Positions 40,573 to 50,424 of a stretch of 64,000 bases of DNA are shown here, one piece after another. Each line of letters begins with the position of its first letter. The first letter of the stretch is position 1. The stretch spans positions 4,192,001 through 4,256,000 of the forward strand of contig OZ245842.1 of NCBI GenBank assembly GCA_965228895.1, written 5' to 3'. The position numbers were made by a program, and so were the translations under genes. This DNA is from Alphaproteobacteria bacterium (GTDB lineage: Bacteria; Pseudomonadota; Alphaproteobacteria; SP197). The notes below the pieces were generated by a model. The model saw only the letters and a list, made by a program, of their open reading frames with translations. It was not told the DNA's origin and made no database searches.

Positions 40573-42264
40573 CTAGTGGTCTCCGTGGCTTCCCGACGAA
40601 TCGACGATCAGGAAGTTATGCATCATGCCGGTATCCTCGTGCGGCAGGATGTGACAGTGATAGACGGCCTTGCCGACAAACTGCTTGAAGCGCATGCGCA
40701 CTACGACCGTCTTGCCGGCCGGCACCCAGACCGTATCCTGGATCAAGCCGTGTGGTTGCGCGTCATCACCAATCGAGATCACTTCGAACGAGTTCACGTG
40801 GATGTGGAAGGGGTGGCCTTCGAACGCACCGTGATGGGTATCGGCCACCGAAAGGTGCCATTCCTCGACCCCGTTTAGGTCGACGACGGTCGGCACCTCC
40901 CGTTCACTGTAGGGGATGTCGTTGATGACGTAATCGCCACCGACGATCGTGTTGATCAGCGCCGGTGTCCTGCCGCTAAAGACGAACTCGCGAATGCGCT
41001 GGACCTCGTCCGGTTTGATCAAGGGGTATTCGCGTGATGGAAGTGGCAACTCAGTAGGCAGGTCCATGTCTTTTGCCTGACCCGTCACCTCGATTTCGGC
41101 GATCACTTTCTCGCTGCTATCAAGGAACTGTTGATCCTGGGCAAGCTCGCGTATCTGGTAGATACCTGGTGTCGCGTTTGCCTTGATCAGAAATTCCGTT
41201 CGGTTCGCGGACGCAAGGAGGATCTGTCCGTTGGCGCTGTCATACCCCTCAGCCGACACGGTGCGCAGCTCGGGAAAGTTGATACCGTCCATCGCGATGA
41301 GATGCAGGTCATGCCCATCGACAACAAGTGGCATGAGGTTGTCGGAACAGCCGTTGAGCATGAGGAACCGCACCACCTCGCCCGGCGCCACGGTGAACCG
41401 CTGAACCGGAAGCTGGGTCCCAATCGGATTGGTCGATTCATTGGGGGCGTCGTTGTGCGTCTCCTTGAAGAACGGCTCACCGTTAAGCAAGAAGTACCGA
41501 AGCTTGTAGTCGCCGGTCGTGAAACCGCCGCGAAGCGACGTGCGTTCTCCTTTGATCGTCACATAACCGCCTTCGGTCTGCCAAACCGCGTTCTGGACGG
41601 GTTCGTAAGTCCACAGGTCGGGGTCGTCCTCGCTGGGAAACAGGCCGATGTCCTGGACGACCAGCGGAATTGAACGCGCGGCCTTGATTTCTGGGACTTC
41701 GTCCAGGGCTCCTTTAACAATAAGCGGACCGGCCATGCCGCTGACGGCCTGAACCGCTGTCGCGCCATGTTTGTGCGGGTGATACCAGTTGAGCCCGGGC
41801 GGATGGTCCGACGGAATCTCGAAGACATAGTCAAGATGCTCGCCCGGCGGAATCTTGATCATCGGCGCAAGCGGTTCCGATGTGCCCACCGGCACAAACA
41901 GATGCGGTATCACATCCATGCCGTGGAGGTGCAAAGAGGTATGGCCGAGTTCGTGGGGAACGTTATGGTCGCCGTTCCAGTCCGAGGAGTCATACGGCGG
42001 CAGGGCGTTCTTCATCCGAATGCGGAGCGTTTGACCAGGCTCAACCGTGATCGTCGGACCCGGAATCTGACCGTTGTAGGCTCTCAGCCTCACGCGATGA
42101 CCGTCGAGGACGGTTTCCTTGATCGCGCTTTCCAGCACGAACCATTCACCGTCGTCCGGGGTGGTGCTGTCGCTCTCTTGCGCAACGGTCGGCGATTGCA
42201 TGTGGGCCGCGCCAACCGCCGCCGCAACCGAACCACCGACGACCTGCCGACGGGTAAACTTCAC
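40573..42264 (-). CDS. Multicopper oxidase, Tat-exported
   Basis: TRRQVV, HLHG, WYHPHKHG, HPFHIH, YHCHILPHEDTGMM. Confidence 0.95.
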   Translation of the reverse strand: MKFTRRQVVGGSVAAAVGAAHMQSPTVAQESDSTTPDDGEWFVLESAIKETVLDGHRVRLRAYNGQIPGPTITVEPGQTLRIRMKNALPPYDSSDWNGDHNVPHELGHTSLHLHGMDVIPHLFVPVGTSEPLAPMIKIPPGEHLDYVFEIPSDHPPGLNWYHPHKHGATAVQAVSGMAGPLIVKGALDEVPEIKAARSIPLVVQDIGLFPSEDDPDLWTYEPVQNAVWQTEGGYVTIKGERTSLRGGFTTGDYKLRYFLLNGEPFFKETHNDAPNESTNPIGTQLPVQRFTVAPGEVVRFLMLNGCSDNLMPLVVDGHDLHLIAMDGINFPELRTVSAEGYDSANGQILLASANRTEFLIKANATPGIYQIRELAQDQQFLDSSEKVIAEIEVTGQAKDMDLPTELPLPSREYPLIKPDEVQRIREFVFSGRTPALINTIVGGDYVINDIPYSEREVPTVVDLNGVEEWHLSVADTHHGAFEGHPFHIHVNSFEVISIGDDAQPHGLIQDTVWVPAGKTVVVRMRFKQFVGKAVYHCHILPHEDTGMMHNFLIVDSSGSHGDH

Positions 42265-42920
42265 GATACGCTAGCCGCTGAGAAAACGGCTCTGGCTGCC
42301 GCGGTCACCGCGTCACCGGTCACGTCGTTCTCGCCCTTTGGTGTGGCAAACAAACTCGATACCGAACATCCAATAACGTGTGGGGCACCAATAGATACGG
42401 CTTCAACGCAAACATCCGAAGAACTTCAAAGTAAATACACGCCACATCCAATTAGAATCGAATGTATCAAGAACTGTCAAGAACTAATGGTTGTGAAAGT
42501 CGGGACGACACAGACAAGCGACGCTCATCTCAACTCTGTCACCTAAGTCGTTCCGCATTCGATGCTGAACCTGCGACAAGCGCAACGTCCTCAACCAACG
42601 ATTGAGCGCCCGGACATGCCGAGGTGCATCGTCTCGCTTCTCCATAGTCGGGAATCCTGGCATGACGGATAACATTCTTCATGAGCAGGCACGGCAAACC
42701 AGAAAGACGTTGCAACACGACAGTTGGTTCGATTTCGCGAAGTAAGGCCGATTGTTTGGTGCAAAAAAGTGTGACGATCTGCACAATTCCGGCGTCATAA
42801 CTTGCCTCAGTGGGACCAACCTTTGAGGGTGGAATGGTTAACTTTGGAGCCGTTCCGAAGTCTTGGGGTCTTCGGATGAAACGGCGACACGCAGCCACCA
42901 CCAAAGCAAAGGTCTCAACG

Positions 42921-43613
42921 ATGCCCACCATTCAAGCAAATCCTTTCGAGTACGAGTTTGATCCCGACCACATCGCGCTCCTGTGCATCGATATGCAGCG
43001 CGATTTCCTGGAGCCCGGCGGCTTCGCCGATACGCTCGGCAACAATCTCGACAACGTCACGCCCTGCGTCCCGGTCATCGGCAAGTTGCAGGCGGCGTTT
43101 CGCAAAGCCGGCCTGCCGGTGATTCACACCAAAGAATGCCACAAGCCCGACCTTTCCGACCTGCCGACCGCCAAACGCAACCGCGGGCGCCCGAAGCAGC
43201 GGATCGGCGACGAAGGGCCGATGGGCCGCATCCTGATCGACGGCGAGCCGGGATCGGATTTCGTTGCTGAGAACAAACCGCTTGAGCACGAGCTGGTCAT
43301 TGCCAAACCGGGCAAGGACTCGTTCTACCGCACCGAGTTGCTCGACTATCTGGTGACGCGCAGGATCTCCAACCTGGTGATCACGGGCGTCACGACCGAA
43401 GTCTGCGTGCAGACCACCATGCGCTGCGCAAACGACCGCGGCTTCGACTGCCTGCTGGTCGAGGACGGCACCGACAGCTACTTCCCCGAGTTCAAGGAAG
43501 CCACCTTACGAGCCCTTGTCGCCCAGGGCGGCATCGTCGGTTGGACGTGCCCGTCCGACACGATTCTGGCGCTTCTGGACTCGTTCTCACCCGCCTTGGC
43601 GGACGCCGCGTAA
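42921..43613 (+). CDS. Isochorismatase-like cysteine hydrolase, triuret/biuret hydrolase clade
   Basis: IDMQRDF.EPGGF, KPGK, GVTTEVCV, ANDRG, QGGIVGW. Confidence 0.85.
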   Translation: MPTIQANPFEYEFDPDHIALLCIDMQRDFLEPGGFADTLGNNLDNVTPCVPVIGKLQAAFRKAGLPVIHTKECHKPDLSDLPTAKRNRGRPKQRIGDEGPMGRILIDGEPGSDFVAENKPLEHELVIAKPGKDSFYRTELLDYLVTRRISNLVITGVTTEVCVQTTMRCANDRGFDCLLVEDGTDSYFPEFKEATLRALVAQGGIVGWTCPSDTILALLDSFSPALADAA

Positions 43614-43708
43614 GCCTTCGCCGCGGCGACTGCTTTGCCTGGGCGACGCAGCGGTGGCAGGACGGATGCGAGATCGGACAGCAATCGCGATGACCCGGCG
43701 GTGTCACG

Positions 43709-44710
43709 GTGGTTAGACCAGCCTTGAAATCGCCGGTCGACGCCATTCTGCCGCAGGTCGAGCCGGAGCGCATGGCCTACTGGCGGTTCGCGCTGCGCGG
43801 CTGCTCGCAGCTTTGCTTCCAGTCCAATGAGCTGACTGGGGCCTTCTTCCTGCTCGCGGCTCTCGTTCACTCGCCCATCGCGTTTGCTTACTTTCTGGTG
43901 GCCGCGCTCGTGGCGCCGGCCGCCCGTATGCTGCTGGGCGCGCGCCGTTCGGTTCTGGCAACCGGACTGCCCGGTCTCAATCCCAGCTTGATCGCGCTGT
44001 CGCTGCCGGCGTTCTTCGAGACCGGTTGGCTCGATTTCGGCATGTGGGGCGTACTCATCGTGTGCGTGGCATGCGCCGTTGTGTTGACTCATTTGTGCGT
44101 CGCCATCCTGCCGTTTCCGACACTTGCCTTGCCGTTTGTCGTGACGTTCTGGGCGCTTTACGCGCTTGCACCGGAGATCGATGTCCTCAGGCCCCTGTCC
44201 GGCGGCAGCATCTCGCCCACGGCGTTTGAACCATTGACGGCGCTTCTGCTGGGGCTGGGGCAGGCGGTGTTCTCCGCCAGCATTTGGTCGGGCCTGCTGT
44301 TCATTATCGGCATTCTGCTCAGCAACTGGCGGCACGCGGTGATTGCGTTGCTTGGCGCTGTTATCGGTACGGCGTTGGCCTACTACTACCGCGACGTCGA
44401 TCCAGCGATCGTCGACTTGGGTCTCTATGGCTTCAACGGCGTTCTGACGGCGGTGTCCGTCTACGTAGTATGCGGAAGCAAACTGCGCCTTGCCGTGCTC
44501 GGCTCCTTGATCGCGACCATCATGATGCCGGCGATAGGCGCGCTTGATGTCCAGATCGTGTCGGCCCCCTTTGTCTTGACCACCTGGCTCATGCTCGCGT
44601 TGGGCTGGATTGAAGACAAGTGGTTCAACGTGACGTCCGAACCGAACGAAGAATCGTCAACACGCGCTCAAACTGCCTCGCGGACCGAGCACAGCGCAGC
44701 TGGAGATTGA
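43709..44710 (+). CDS. Urea transporter (UT family)
   Basis: RGCSQLCFQ, GL.G.N, LALPFV, GLGQAVF, GLYGFNGVL, SAPFVLTTW. Confidence 0.88.
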   Translation: MVRPALKSPVDAILPQVEPERMAYWRFALRGCSQLCFQSNELTGAFFLLAALVHSPIAFAYFLVAALVAPAARMLLGARRSVLATGLPGLNPSLIALSLPAFFETGWLDFGMWGVLIVCVACAVVLTHLCVAILPFPTLALPFVVTFWALYALAPEIDVLRPLSGGSISPTAFEPLTALLLGLGQAVFSASIWSGLLFIIGILLSNWRHAVIALLGAVIGTALAYYYRDVDPAIVDLGLYGFNGVLTAVSVYVVCGSKLRLAVLGSLIATIMMPAIGALDVQIVSAPFVLTTWLMLALGWIEDKWFNVTSEPNEESSTRAQTASRTEHSAAGD

Positions 44711-44713
44711 TCC

Positions 44714-45079
44714 ATGACAGAACCCGTTGCACCCATCATCGTCAGCAGCCTTCTGGAGCACGTCGCGAGCCTGCCTGACGACGTCAACTGGGAACCGTTC
44801 CGACCGGGCGTGACCGCCCATTGGCTCTACCGCGAAGACAACGGCGGATCGAGCGCTGTCCTGCTGCAGTATGAGCCGGGTGCGCGTGTGGCGCGTCACG
44901 AACATGTCGGCTACGAACACCTGCTGATACTCGAGGGCGACCAATACGATGAGGACGGTTCATATCCGGAGGGCAGTCTCTTGATTCACCCTCCCGGCAC
45001 CAGCCACTCACCCGGTAGCGTTGGCGGCTGTCTGGCGCTGCTGATCTATGAGAAAGCCGTCCTCTTTCCAGACCCATGA
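44714..45079 (+). CDS. ChrR-like cupin protein
   Basis: WEPFRPGV, LLQYEPGARVARHEHVGYE, HPPGTSHS. Confidence 0.85.
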   Translation: MTEPVAPIIVSSLLEHVASLPDDVNWEPFRPGVTAHWLYREDNGGSSAVLLQYEPGARVARHEHVGYEHLLILEGDQYDEDGSYPEGSLLIHPPGTSHSPGSVGGCLALLIYEKAVLFPDP

Positions 45080-45114
45080 CGAGGCATCCGCGTCGCGCGT
45101 CGGCAGACCCTTTT

Positions 45115-45502
45115 TCAGGACCGCGACCTTCCGTAATGCCGCGGCCTCGAAACCGTCGGTGTGGTGCCTAGCGACGATACCCGATCACCAAACGGGGCGG
45201 CGCCATGGCGGTTATTCAAAGGCTTGGCGCGGCGGTGATTCGCGATTGCTGCCGCACCAACATCACGCAACCACTTCAAAAGGTGGAACGTCTGGCGCTC
45301 GCTCAAGCCAATCAACTCCGCCACAACGCAGGCCGTCAAACGCTCCTCGTTCACGCGTCCCAGAATCTCCACACGATCCAGTTCGCGGCTGCTCATCAGC
45401 AACAAGGCTATCGCCAGCACCATCCCTGAAATCCCCATCAACAGGGATGGCAACTGACATCTCTACTTTGCTCAGTACTGACGTTCTAATGCTGCGCCTA
45501 CT
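45115..45502 (-). mobile_element. IS1202 (ex-ISNCY) family remnant: transposase N-terminal HTH fragment plus left end
   Basis: MSSRELDRVEIL...LSERQTFHLLK...RRAKPLNNR. Left end 45454-45502 carries two TGAC-type motifs and ends ...GCGCCTACT. Confidence 0.75.
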
Positions 45503-45507
45503 GTGTT

Positions 45508-45535
45508 CGGCCGCATAATCTGCATTATGGAAAAT
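45508..45535 (+). other. dif/XerCD-like recombination site (copy C)
   Basis: CGGCCGCATAA-TCTGCA-TTATGGAAAAT versus E. coli dif GGTGCGCATAA-TGTATA-TTATGTTAAAT: arms match 8/11 and 9/11. Confidence 0.75.
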
Positions 45536-45750
45536 GGTGGTGCGGGCAGTCCGCTGCGAACCCGTCTCCGGCGAGATTTCCCTGTTAACAGGGAAAATAC
45601 AGGGAAATATTGCGATTTTCGGTCGAATTCTGAGCTCTTTCACCCGAGATCCCACCGACTTTTCATGAGCTTAGCGGGATTTTCCCTGCGCGATAGAACA
45701 AGGAAAGCCTCTGATCAAACAGGGATCGTCCTGAGCGTATCAGGGAAACC
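45508..45750 (+). repeat. Full copy C of the boundary repeat
   Basis: dif-like site, then GGTGGTGCGGGCAGTCCGCTGCGAACCCGTCTC, the palindrome TTTCCCTGTTAACAGGGAAA and repeated (AA)CAGGGAA units. Confidence 0.85.
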
Positions 45751-46100
45751 TCTCTCGATTGGTGGATGCGAGTTCAGAAAAATGCATAGACCCTCAATTG
45801 TCTTGGCTTGCCGTTTCAAGCCGCGATCTCGGAGCCTATCGGGCGGACGATCGAAACATCACGACGCGACGCACCGCGCCAGGGATCACAGATCGCATGT
45901 CATGAAGACCAGGTCGACCCGCTCTGGGAGGGGCAACGACGCCGGTCATGTTGCTGAGGCCAGGTCTGTTCGGCCAACTGGTTACGGTTTCAGATGGAAC
46001 CGACGTGTCGATCAGGCCAAGAGTCGATCATCGATCCTCTTGGCGACCTGACGACACACGTCCGGTACAGTCTCAACGGGCAGCGTTCATCGTCTTCACC

Positions 46101-46946
46101 TCACCCCTGGCCGACCAGCACGCGGGGGCCGAAAACCGAGGCGTTGACCTCTGGCCGACCGACAACGCCCGGCCTGTCCTCATAGGACATGACCGACATC
46201 AAGCGCATATGCTCCCCTGTGACTTCCGTGACCCGGTGAACACTGCGGTTGCCACGAAAGATCACAAGCGAACCAGGAACGCGGTGCACCTGGAGCACGC
46301 GCTCACCTCCCTTGCCATCGAGAACGTCCAGCAGCTCGACCGGGTCGGCATCGTCATCCGGCCAGATTTCTGGTGCGATCTCAAAAATCCCACCTCCTTC
46401 CGGCTCCTGCAGCATGAGTGTGACCGTAAAGGCGTTGCCCCGATCGAAATGCCATGGCGAGTTGTCACCTTCTCGCATGCCCAGGACTACCGTCGGCTGA
46501 TAAGGGTCCTCATTCATATAGAGCGTCTCGATTCCGACGATTTGAGCGATCGCCCGCCTAATCGGCTCCCAGCCATAGAACCGGACCGTCGGACCATCAG
46601 GGTCGAACTGATCGAACGCGAGGATTCGAAAGCGTGCGTCGAAGAAGACGTTCATCGGATGATCATCGGCCCTGTCGAGTGATGGCTGCTGGTTCAAGAA
46701 ACAGGTTCGGCGCGACCGGTTTGTGTGGGCGTCAGGCATCGCAGCGAGCGCTTCAGCCGCCATGGCTTTACGTGCGCTCTCGGTGACAAAGTCGGGGAGA
46801 ACGCAGAACTGCTGCCGGTCGAGATCGGTTCGTGCTGACACAATCGCATCGGCCAGCTGCGGAGATGACGGGTCGTCCAACGGATAGAGATCGAGGCGGA
46901 TGAGATCGGCGGCATCGGTTTCGCGGGCCATGGTTGGAACCTTCAT
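46101..46946 (-). CDS. Fe(II)/2OG oxygenase (BesD/ArpA-like fold, hydroxylase-type HxD)
   Basis: WHFD, TLMLQEPEGGG.FE, PGSLVIFRG..SVHRVT.V.G...R. Confidence 0.78.
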   Translation of the reverse strand: MKVPTMARETDAADLIRLDLYPLDDPSSPQLADAIVSARTDLDRQQFCVLPDFVTESARKAMAAEALAAMPDAHTNRSRRTCFLNQQPSLDRADDHPMNVFFDARFRILAFDQFDPDGPTVRFYGWEPIRRAIAQIVGIETLYMNEDPYQPTVVLGMREGDNSPWHFDRGNAFTVTLMLQEPEGGGIFEIAPEIWPDDDADPVELLDVLDGKGGERVLQVHRVPGSLVIFRGNRSVHRVTEVTGEHMRLMSVMSYEDRPGVVGRPEVNASVFGPRVLVGQG

Positions 46947-46963
46947 CTGTGTTGAGCGGTGTC

Positions 46964-48523
46964 TCAGAGCGCGTCGGCGGGCAGTTCCGCCGTTCGACGC
47001 GCAACAAACTCAAGAAGGGCTTCGTCGAGGCCGGGATCAATGGCGGGCGCTTCATAGCGTTCAAGCTGACGTCTGGCCTCGTCACGTCCGTCGTCGATCG
47101 CTTCAAGGCCGCCCTCTTCCTCCCACTGTTCGTAGGTCGCCGTGTTCTGAAGTTCGAGATTAAAAAGTCCGCTGCGTCGCGTGTGGGCGGAACCTAGGAA
47201 GTGCCCGCCCGGTCCGACCTCGCGCATGGCATCTAGAAGTTCGTCGGGGTCTTCCATGGCAGCGCCACAGGCGAAATGATAGAGCGCGTCGACCTGTCCG
47301 TAATCGATGACCAGCTTTCCGAAGCACAGCGTCAAGGTGTTCTCGGTGCTGCCGCCGGCGTGGCTGATCCAGTTCGCGCCCGCCGTAATCGCCGAGAACG
47401 CGCTCCACATGGACTCGTATCCCGCGTTGAGATCGGCGGTTTTGGCCGTACCGATATTGAGCATGCCGCGATGGGGCACACCGTAACGCCGGGCCATCAT
47501 GCCGGCGAGAAGCTGGATAAGGGCCGAATCCGGATGACCGAACACCGGCGCGCCGGTCTTGAGCGCCACCGTCATCGGTGGACAGCCGAACAACGCCGGA
47601 CAGCCGGGCCGGATAAGCTGGGCAAGCGCGATCGCCATGACGTTCTCAGCCGCTACCACGGCCATCGTACCCACGGGACTGGCCGGTGTGCTGGCGCCGG
47701 CCATGGAGAACGGCGAACATAGTACCGCCTGATTGCTTGCGGCATAGACCTTCAACGCATCGAGCATGGTGCCGTCCCATACCAATGGCGAGGTTGAGTT
47801 GATCAGCGACGTCGTCACGGTATTGTCGGCGACAAAACCTTCGCCGAATACAAGCCGCATCATGGCGAGCGTGTCGTCGGCCCGCGAGCGGGCGGTCACG
47901 TTGCCCAGCACCGGCTTATCGGACCATTTGAGCGCGCTATAGGTCATGTGCAGATGGCGATGCGGCACGGGAACATCCGTGATTTCGACGATCGGTCCGC
48001 CGGTGATGTGGACCGCACGCGCCATGTGGGTCAGCTTCTGCAGCGCATCGAGATCGGCCAGCGTCGCATTACGTCTGACACCGTCGAGATCACGAACGAA
48101 GGGATTGCCGTAGGACGGCGAGAAGACCGTATTGCGGCCACCCACCGTGACCGAGCGTTCGGGGTTGCGGGCATGCTGGACGTACTCCGCCGGGGCCGTC
48201 GCGATCAATTCCATCAGCATCTCGCGCGAGGCTCTGACCCGTTGGTCTTTCACATCGGCGCCGGCGCGGCGCCAGATTTCCAAAGACTCGGGATCGCGAA
48301 ACTCGACACCGATCTCCTCGACAATGCGCATGGCCATGTCGTGGATCTTCTCGACACCCTCGGCATCCAGTAGATCGAGGACGGGGATGTTTCGCATCAA
48401 CGTCGGCCTGTGCACTATCGGCGCATCCGAAATCGCGGCATGGCGTCCAGCGCGACCGCCCCGCCGGCGTTTACCGGCATCGCGCATCGGCGCTTCAATA
48501 TCGATGGCCCGATCGGCGCTCAT
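46964..48523 (-). CDS. Trimethylamine methyltransferase (MttB) superfamily, non-pyrrolysine
   Basis: RRGGRAGR N-terminus, HARNPERSV, INSTSPLVWD, PF.MAGA, VGPGGHFLG; no in-frame TAG. Confidence 0.9.
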   Translation of the reverse strand: MSADRAIDIEAPMRDAGKRRRGGRAGRHAAISDAPIVHRPTLMRNIPVLDLLDAEGVEKIHDMAMRIVEEIGVEFRDPESLEIWRRAGADVKDQRVRASREMLMELIATAPAEYVQHARNPERSVTVGGRNTVFSPSYGNPFVRDLDGVRRNATLADLDALQKLTHMARAVHITGGPIVEITDVPVPHRHLHMTYSALKWSDKPVLGNVTARSRADDTLAMMRLVFGEGFVADNTVTTSLINSTSPLVWDGTMLDALKVYAASNQAVLCSPFSMAGASTPASPVGTMAVVAAENVMAIALAQLIRPGCPALFGCPPMTVALKTGAPVFGHPDSALIQLLAGMMARRYGVPHRGMLNIGTAKTADLNAGYESMWSAFSAITAGANWISHAGGSTENTLTLCFGKLVIDYGQVDALYHFACGAAMEDPDELLDAMREVGPGGHFLGSAHTRRSGLFNLELQNTATYEQWEEEGGLEAIDDGRDEARRQLERYEAPAIDPGLDEALLEFVARRTAELPADAL

Positions 48524-49644
48524 ACCGCCGATCCTTTCGCTTGTCGCACGCTCTTGCCCAGCCGCGACACGCCCTCTTCGATTTCGGCGACGCTCGGAAA
48601 CCCGAAGGCCAGGCGGATGTGGGGACCGGCATCGTTGCGGATGTGAAAGTCCGAGCCGTGTGCGAAGTCGACACCGTTGTCGACAGCGATCTCCTTCAGA
48701 CGTCCCGGATCGACATCGTCAGGCAGGCGTATCCAGATGAACAGCCCGCCTGGCGGCTGCGACACCGCACATTCGTTGCCAAGCTGGCGGTGCAGCGCGG
48801 CAAGCATGGTGTCGCGTTTGACCTTTAGGCCGTCATTGGCCATCTCGACATGCTGCCACAGACGGTCTTTCAGGTATTCGTGGGTAATGGCCGAGGCCAG
48901 CGTGTTCGGGCCGGCGTCGTTGCGCTTGGCGAGCACCTTCTCGAGCATGGGCGGACGAACCACGAGATAGCCGAGCCTGACGCCCGGCGCGAAGATCTTG
49001 GATAGCGAACACAGATAGATTTGGCGCGGATCGTCGTCGAGCGCATAGAGCGCCTGCGGCTTGTCGCCGTCATAGTGGACGTCGCCGTAACAATTATCTT
49101 CGATGACCGGAACATCGTGACAACGGGCCAACTCGATCAATTGCAGGCGGCGTTCGCGTGACATGACGGCGTCGGTCGGATTCTGATAGGTCGCGAGCGT
49201 ATAGATGCACCGCGGCCTGCGCCCTTCATCCGCCAGGCGATCCAACGTCTCGGCAAGCGCGTCCATGCGCATGCCTTCCTGGTCCAGAGGCACGCCGGCC
49301 ATCTCGATGCCCATGGCCTCGAAGGCACGGATGCTGCCGACATAGCAGTACTCCTCCATCACCACGATGTCGTCGTGACCGGTGCGCAACGCCTCGACCG
49401 CCAGTGTGATGGCCTGCATGGAACCGTTGGTGATCAAGATGTGCTCGGGATCGACAGCGGCGCCTTCGCGCTCCATCTCCCGTTGCGCCATCAAGGCGCG
49501 AAGACCGTCGTGGCCCAGCTTGCCCGGATAGGTGTTGAGCGCCACGGTCATGTTGCATATGGCACGCTGGGCCGCATCGGCGAACCCGTCGGCCGGGAAG
49601 GTCTCAGGATTGGTGTTGCCGGTGGCGAAACTGATCAGGTCCAC
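48520..49644 (-). CDS. PLP-dependent aminotransferase, class I/II (MocR-like AT domain)
   Basis: ITNGSMQA, YQNPT, IEDNCY, SLSKIFAPGVRLG, PGGLFIW. Confidence 0.9.
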   Translation of the reverse strand: MDLISFATGNTNPETFPADGFADAAQRAICNMTVALNTYPGKLGHDGLRALMAQREMEREGAAVDPEHILITNGSMQAITLAVEALRTGHDDIVVMEEYCYVGSIRAFEAMGIEMAGVPLDQEGMRMDALAETLDRLADEGRRPRCIYTLATYQNPTDAVMSRERRLQLIELARCHDVPVIEDNCYGDVHYDGDKPQALYALDDDPRQIYLCSLSKIFAPGVRLGYLVVRPPMLEKVLAKRNDAGPNTLASAITHEYLKDRLWQHVEMANDGLKVKRDTMLAALHRQLGNECAVSQPPGGLFIWIRLPDDVDPGRLKEIAVDNGVDFAHGSDFHIRNDAGPHIRLAFGFPSVAEIEEGVSRLGKSVRQAKGSAV

Positions 49645-49653
49645 ATACCGCTC

Positions 49654-50424
49654 CTAGTCCTTGACCGAAAAACCGCCATCGACGGCGATGGACGCGCCCG
49701 TGATGTAGTCGGATGCCGCGCTCGCCAGGAACACGGCCGTTCCCGCCAGATCGTCCGGCTCGCCCCAACGGCCGGCCGGCGTGCGTGCGCTGATCGCCTT
49801 TTCTTTCTCCGGGAACTGTTCGAGATAAGAGCCGGTCAACTCGGTCACGAACCAGCCCGGCAGGATGGCGTTGACCTGGATGTTGTCCTTGGCCCAGGCA
49901 ATCGCACAGACCTTGGTGAACTGGACCAGGCCGCCTTTGCTGGTGGCGTAGGCGCTGTCGTTGGCGCCGCCAAAGATCGCGTACATTGACGCGATATTGA
50001 TGACCTTGCCGCCGCCGGCAGCCTTCATCTGCGGATGAACCGCCTTCGACAGCATGAAAGCGCCCTTGACGTTCGTATCCATCACCCGGTCCCACTCGTC
50101 ATCGGGCGTTTCCTCAGGCGCGAAGCGACACGAAGTGCCGGAGTTGTTGACCAGGATGTGGATCCCCTGCATCGCGTCGGCAGCGGCCGAGACCGCCGCC
50201 GCGATGGACTCCGATGACGCGACATCACAGTCGACCGCCATGGCGCGGCGCCCGGCGCCTTCAATCTCGGCTACTGCCTCGGCGGCCTTCGTCTGATCAC
50301 GGCAGGCGATGACGATATCCGCGCCGGCCCTGGCCATGCCGACCGCCATGCCGAGGCCAAGCCCCCGGTTACCGCCGCTGATCATCGCTACCCTGCCGCT
50401 AAGGTCGAAGGGGTTGTCACTCAT
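49654..50424 (-). CDS. Short-chain dehydrogenase/reductase (KduD-like)
   Basis: SGGNRGLG, NNSG, YATSK, VNAILPGW, VDGG. ATG overlaps the betA stop. Confidence 0.92.
   Translation of the reverse strand: MSDNPFDLSGRVAMISGGNRGLGLGMAVGMARAGADIVIACRDQTKAAEAVAEIEGAGRRAMAVDCDVASSESIAAAVSAAADAMQGIHILVNNSGTSCRFAPEETPDDEWDRVMDTNVKGAFMLSKAVHPQMKAAGGGKVINIASMYAIFGGANDSAYATSKGGLVQFTKVCAIAWAKDNIQVNAILPGWFVTELTGSYLEQFPEKEKAISARTPAGRWGEPDDLAGTAVFLASAASDYITGASIAVDGGFSVKD

Noticed and set aside
42800-42915. Guanidine riboswitch upstream of the hydrolase/urea transporter operon
   Set aside because: No ykkC-type or twin ACGR-hairpin consensus recognisable by eye.
45535-45600. A true tRNA gene
   Set aside because: Only a T-loop/CCA-like end is present; no D arm or anticodon arm can be formed.
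46101-46946. BesD-type halogenase
   Set aside because: It retains HxD (WHFD); halogenases have HxG/A.
46964-48523. Pyrrolysine-containing MttB
   Set aside because: No in-frame amber codon and no pyl genes.
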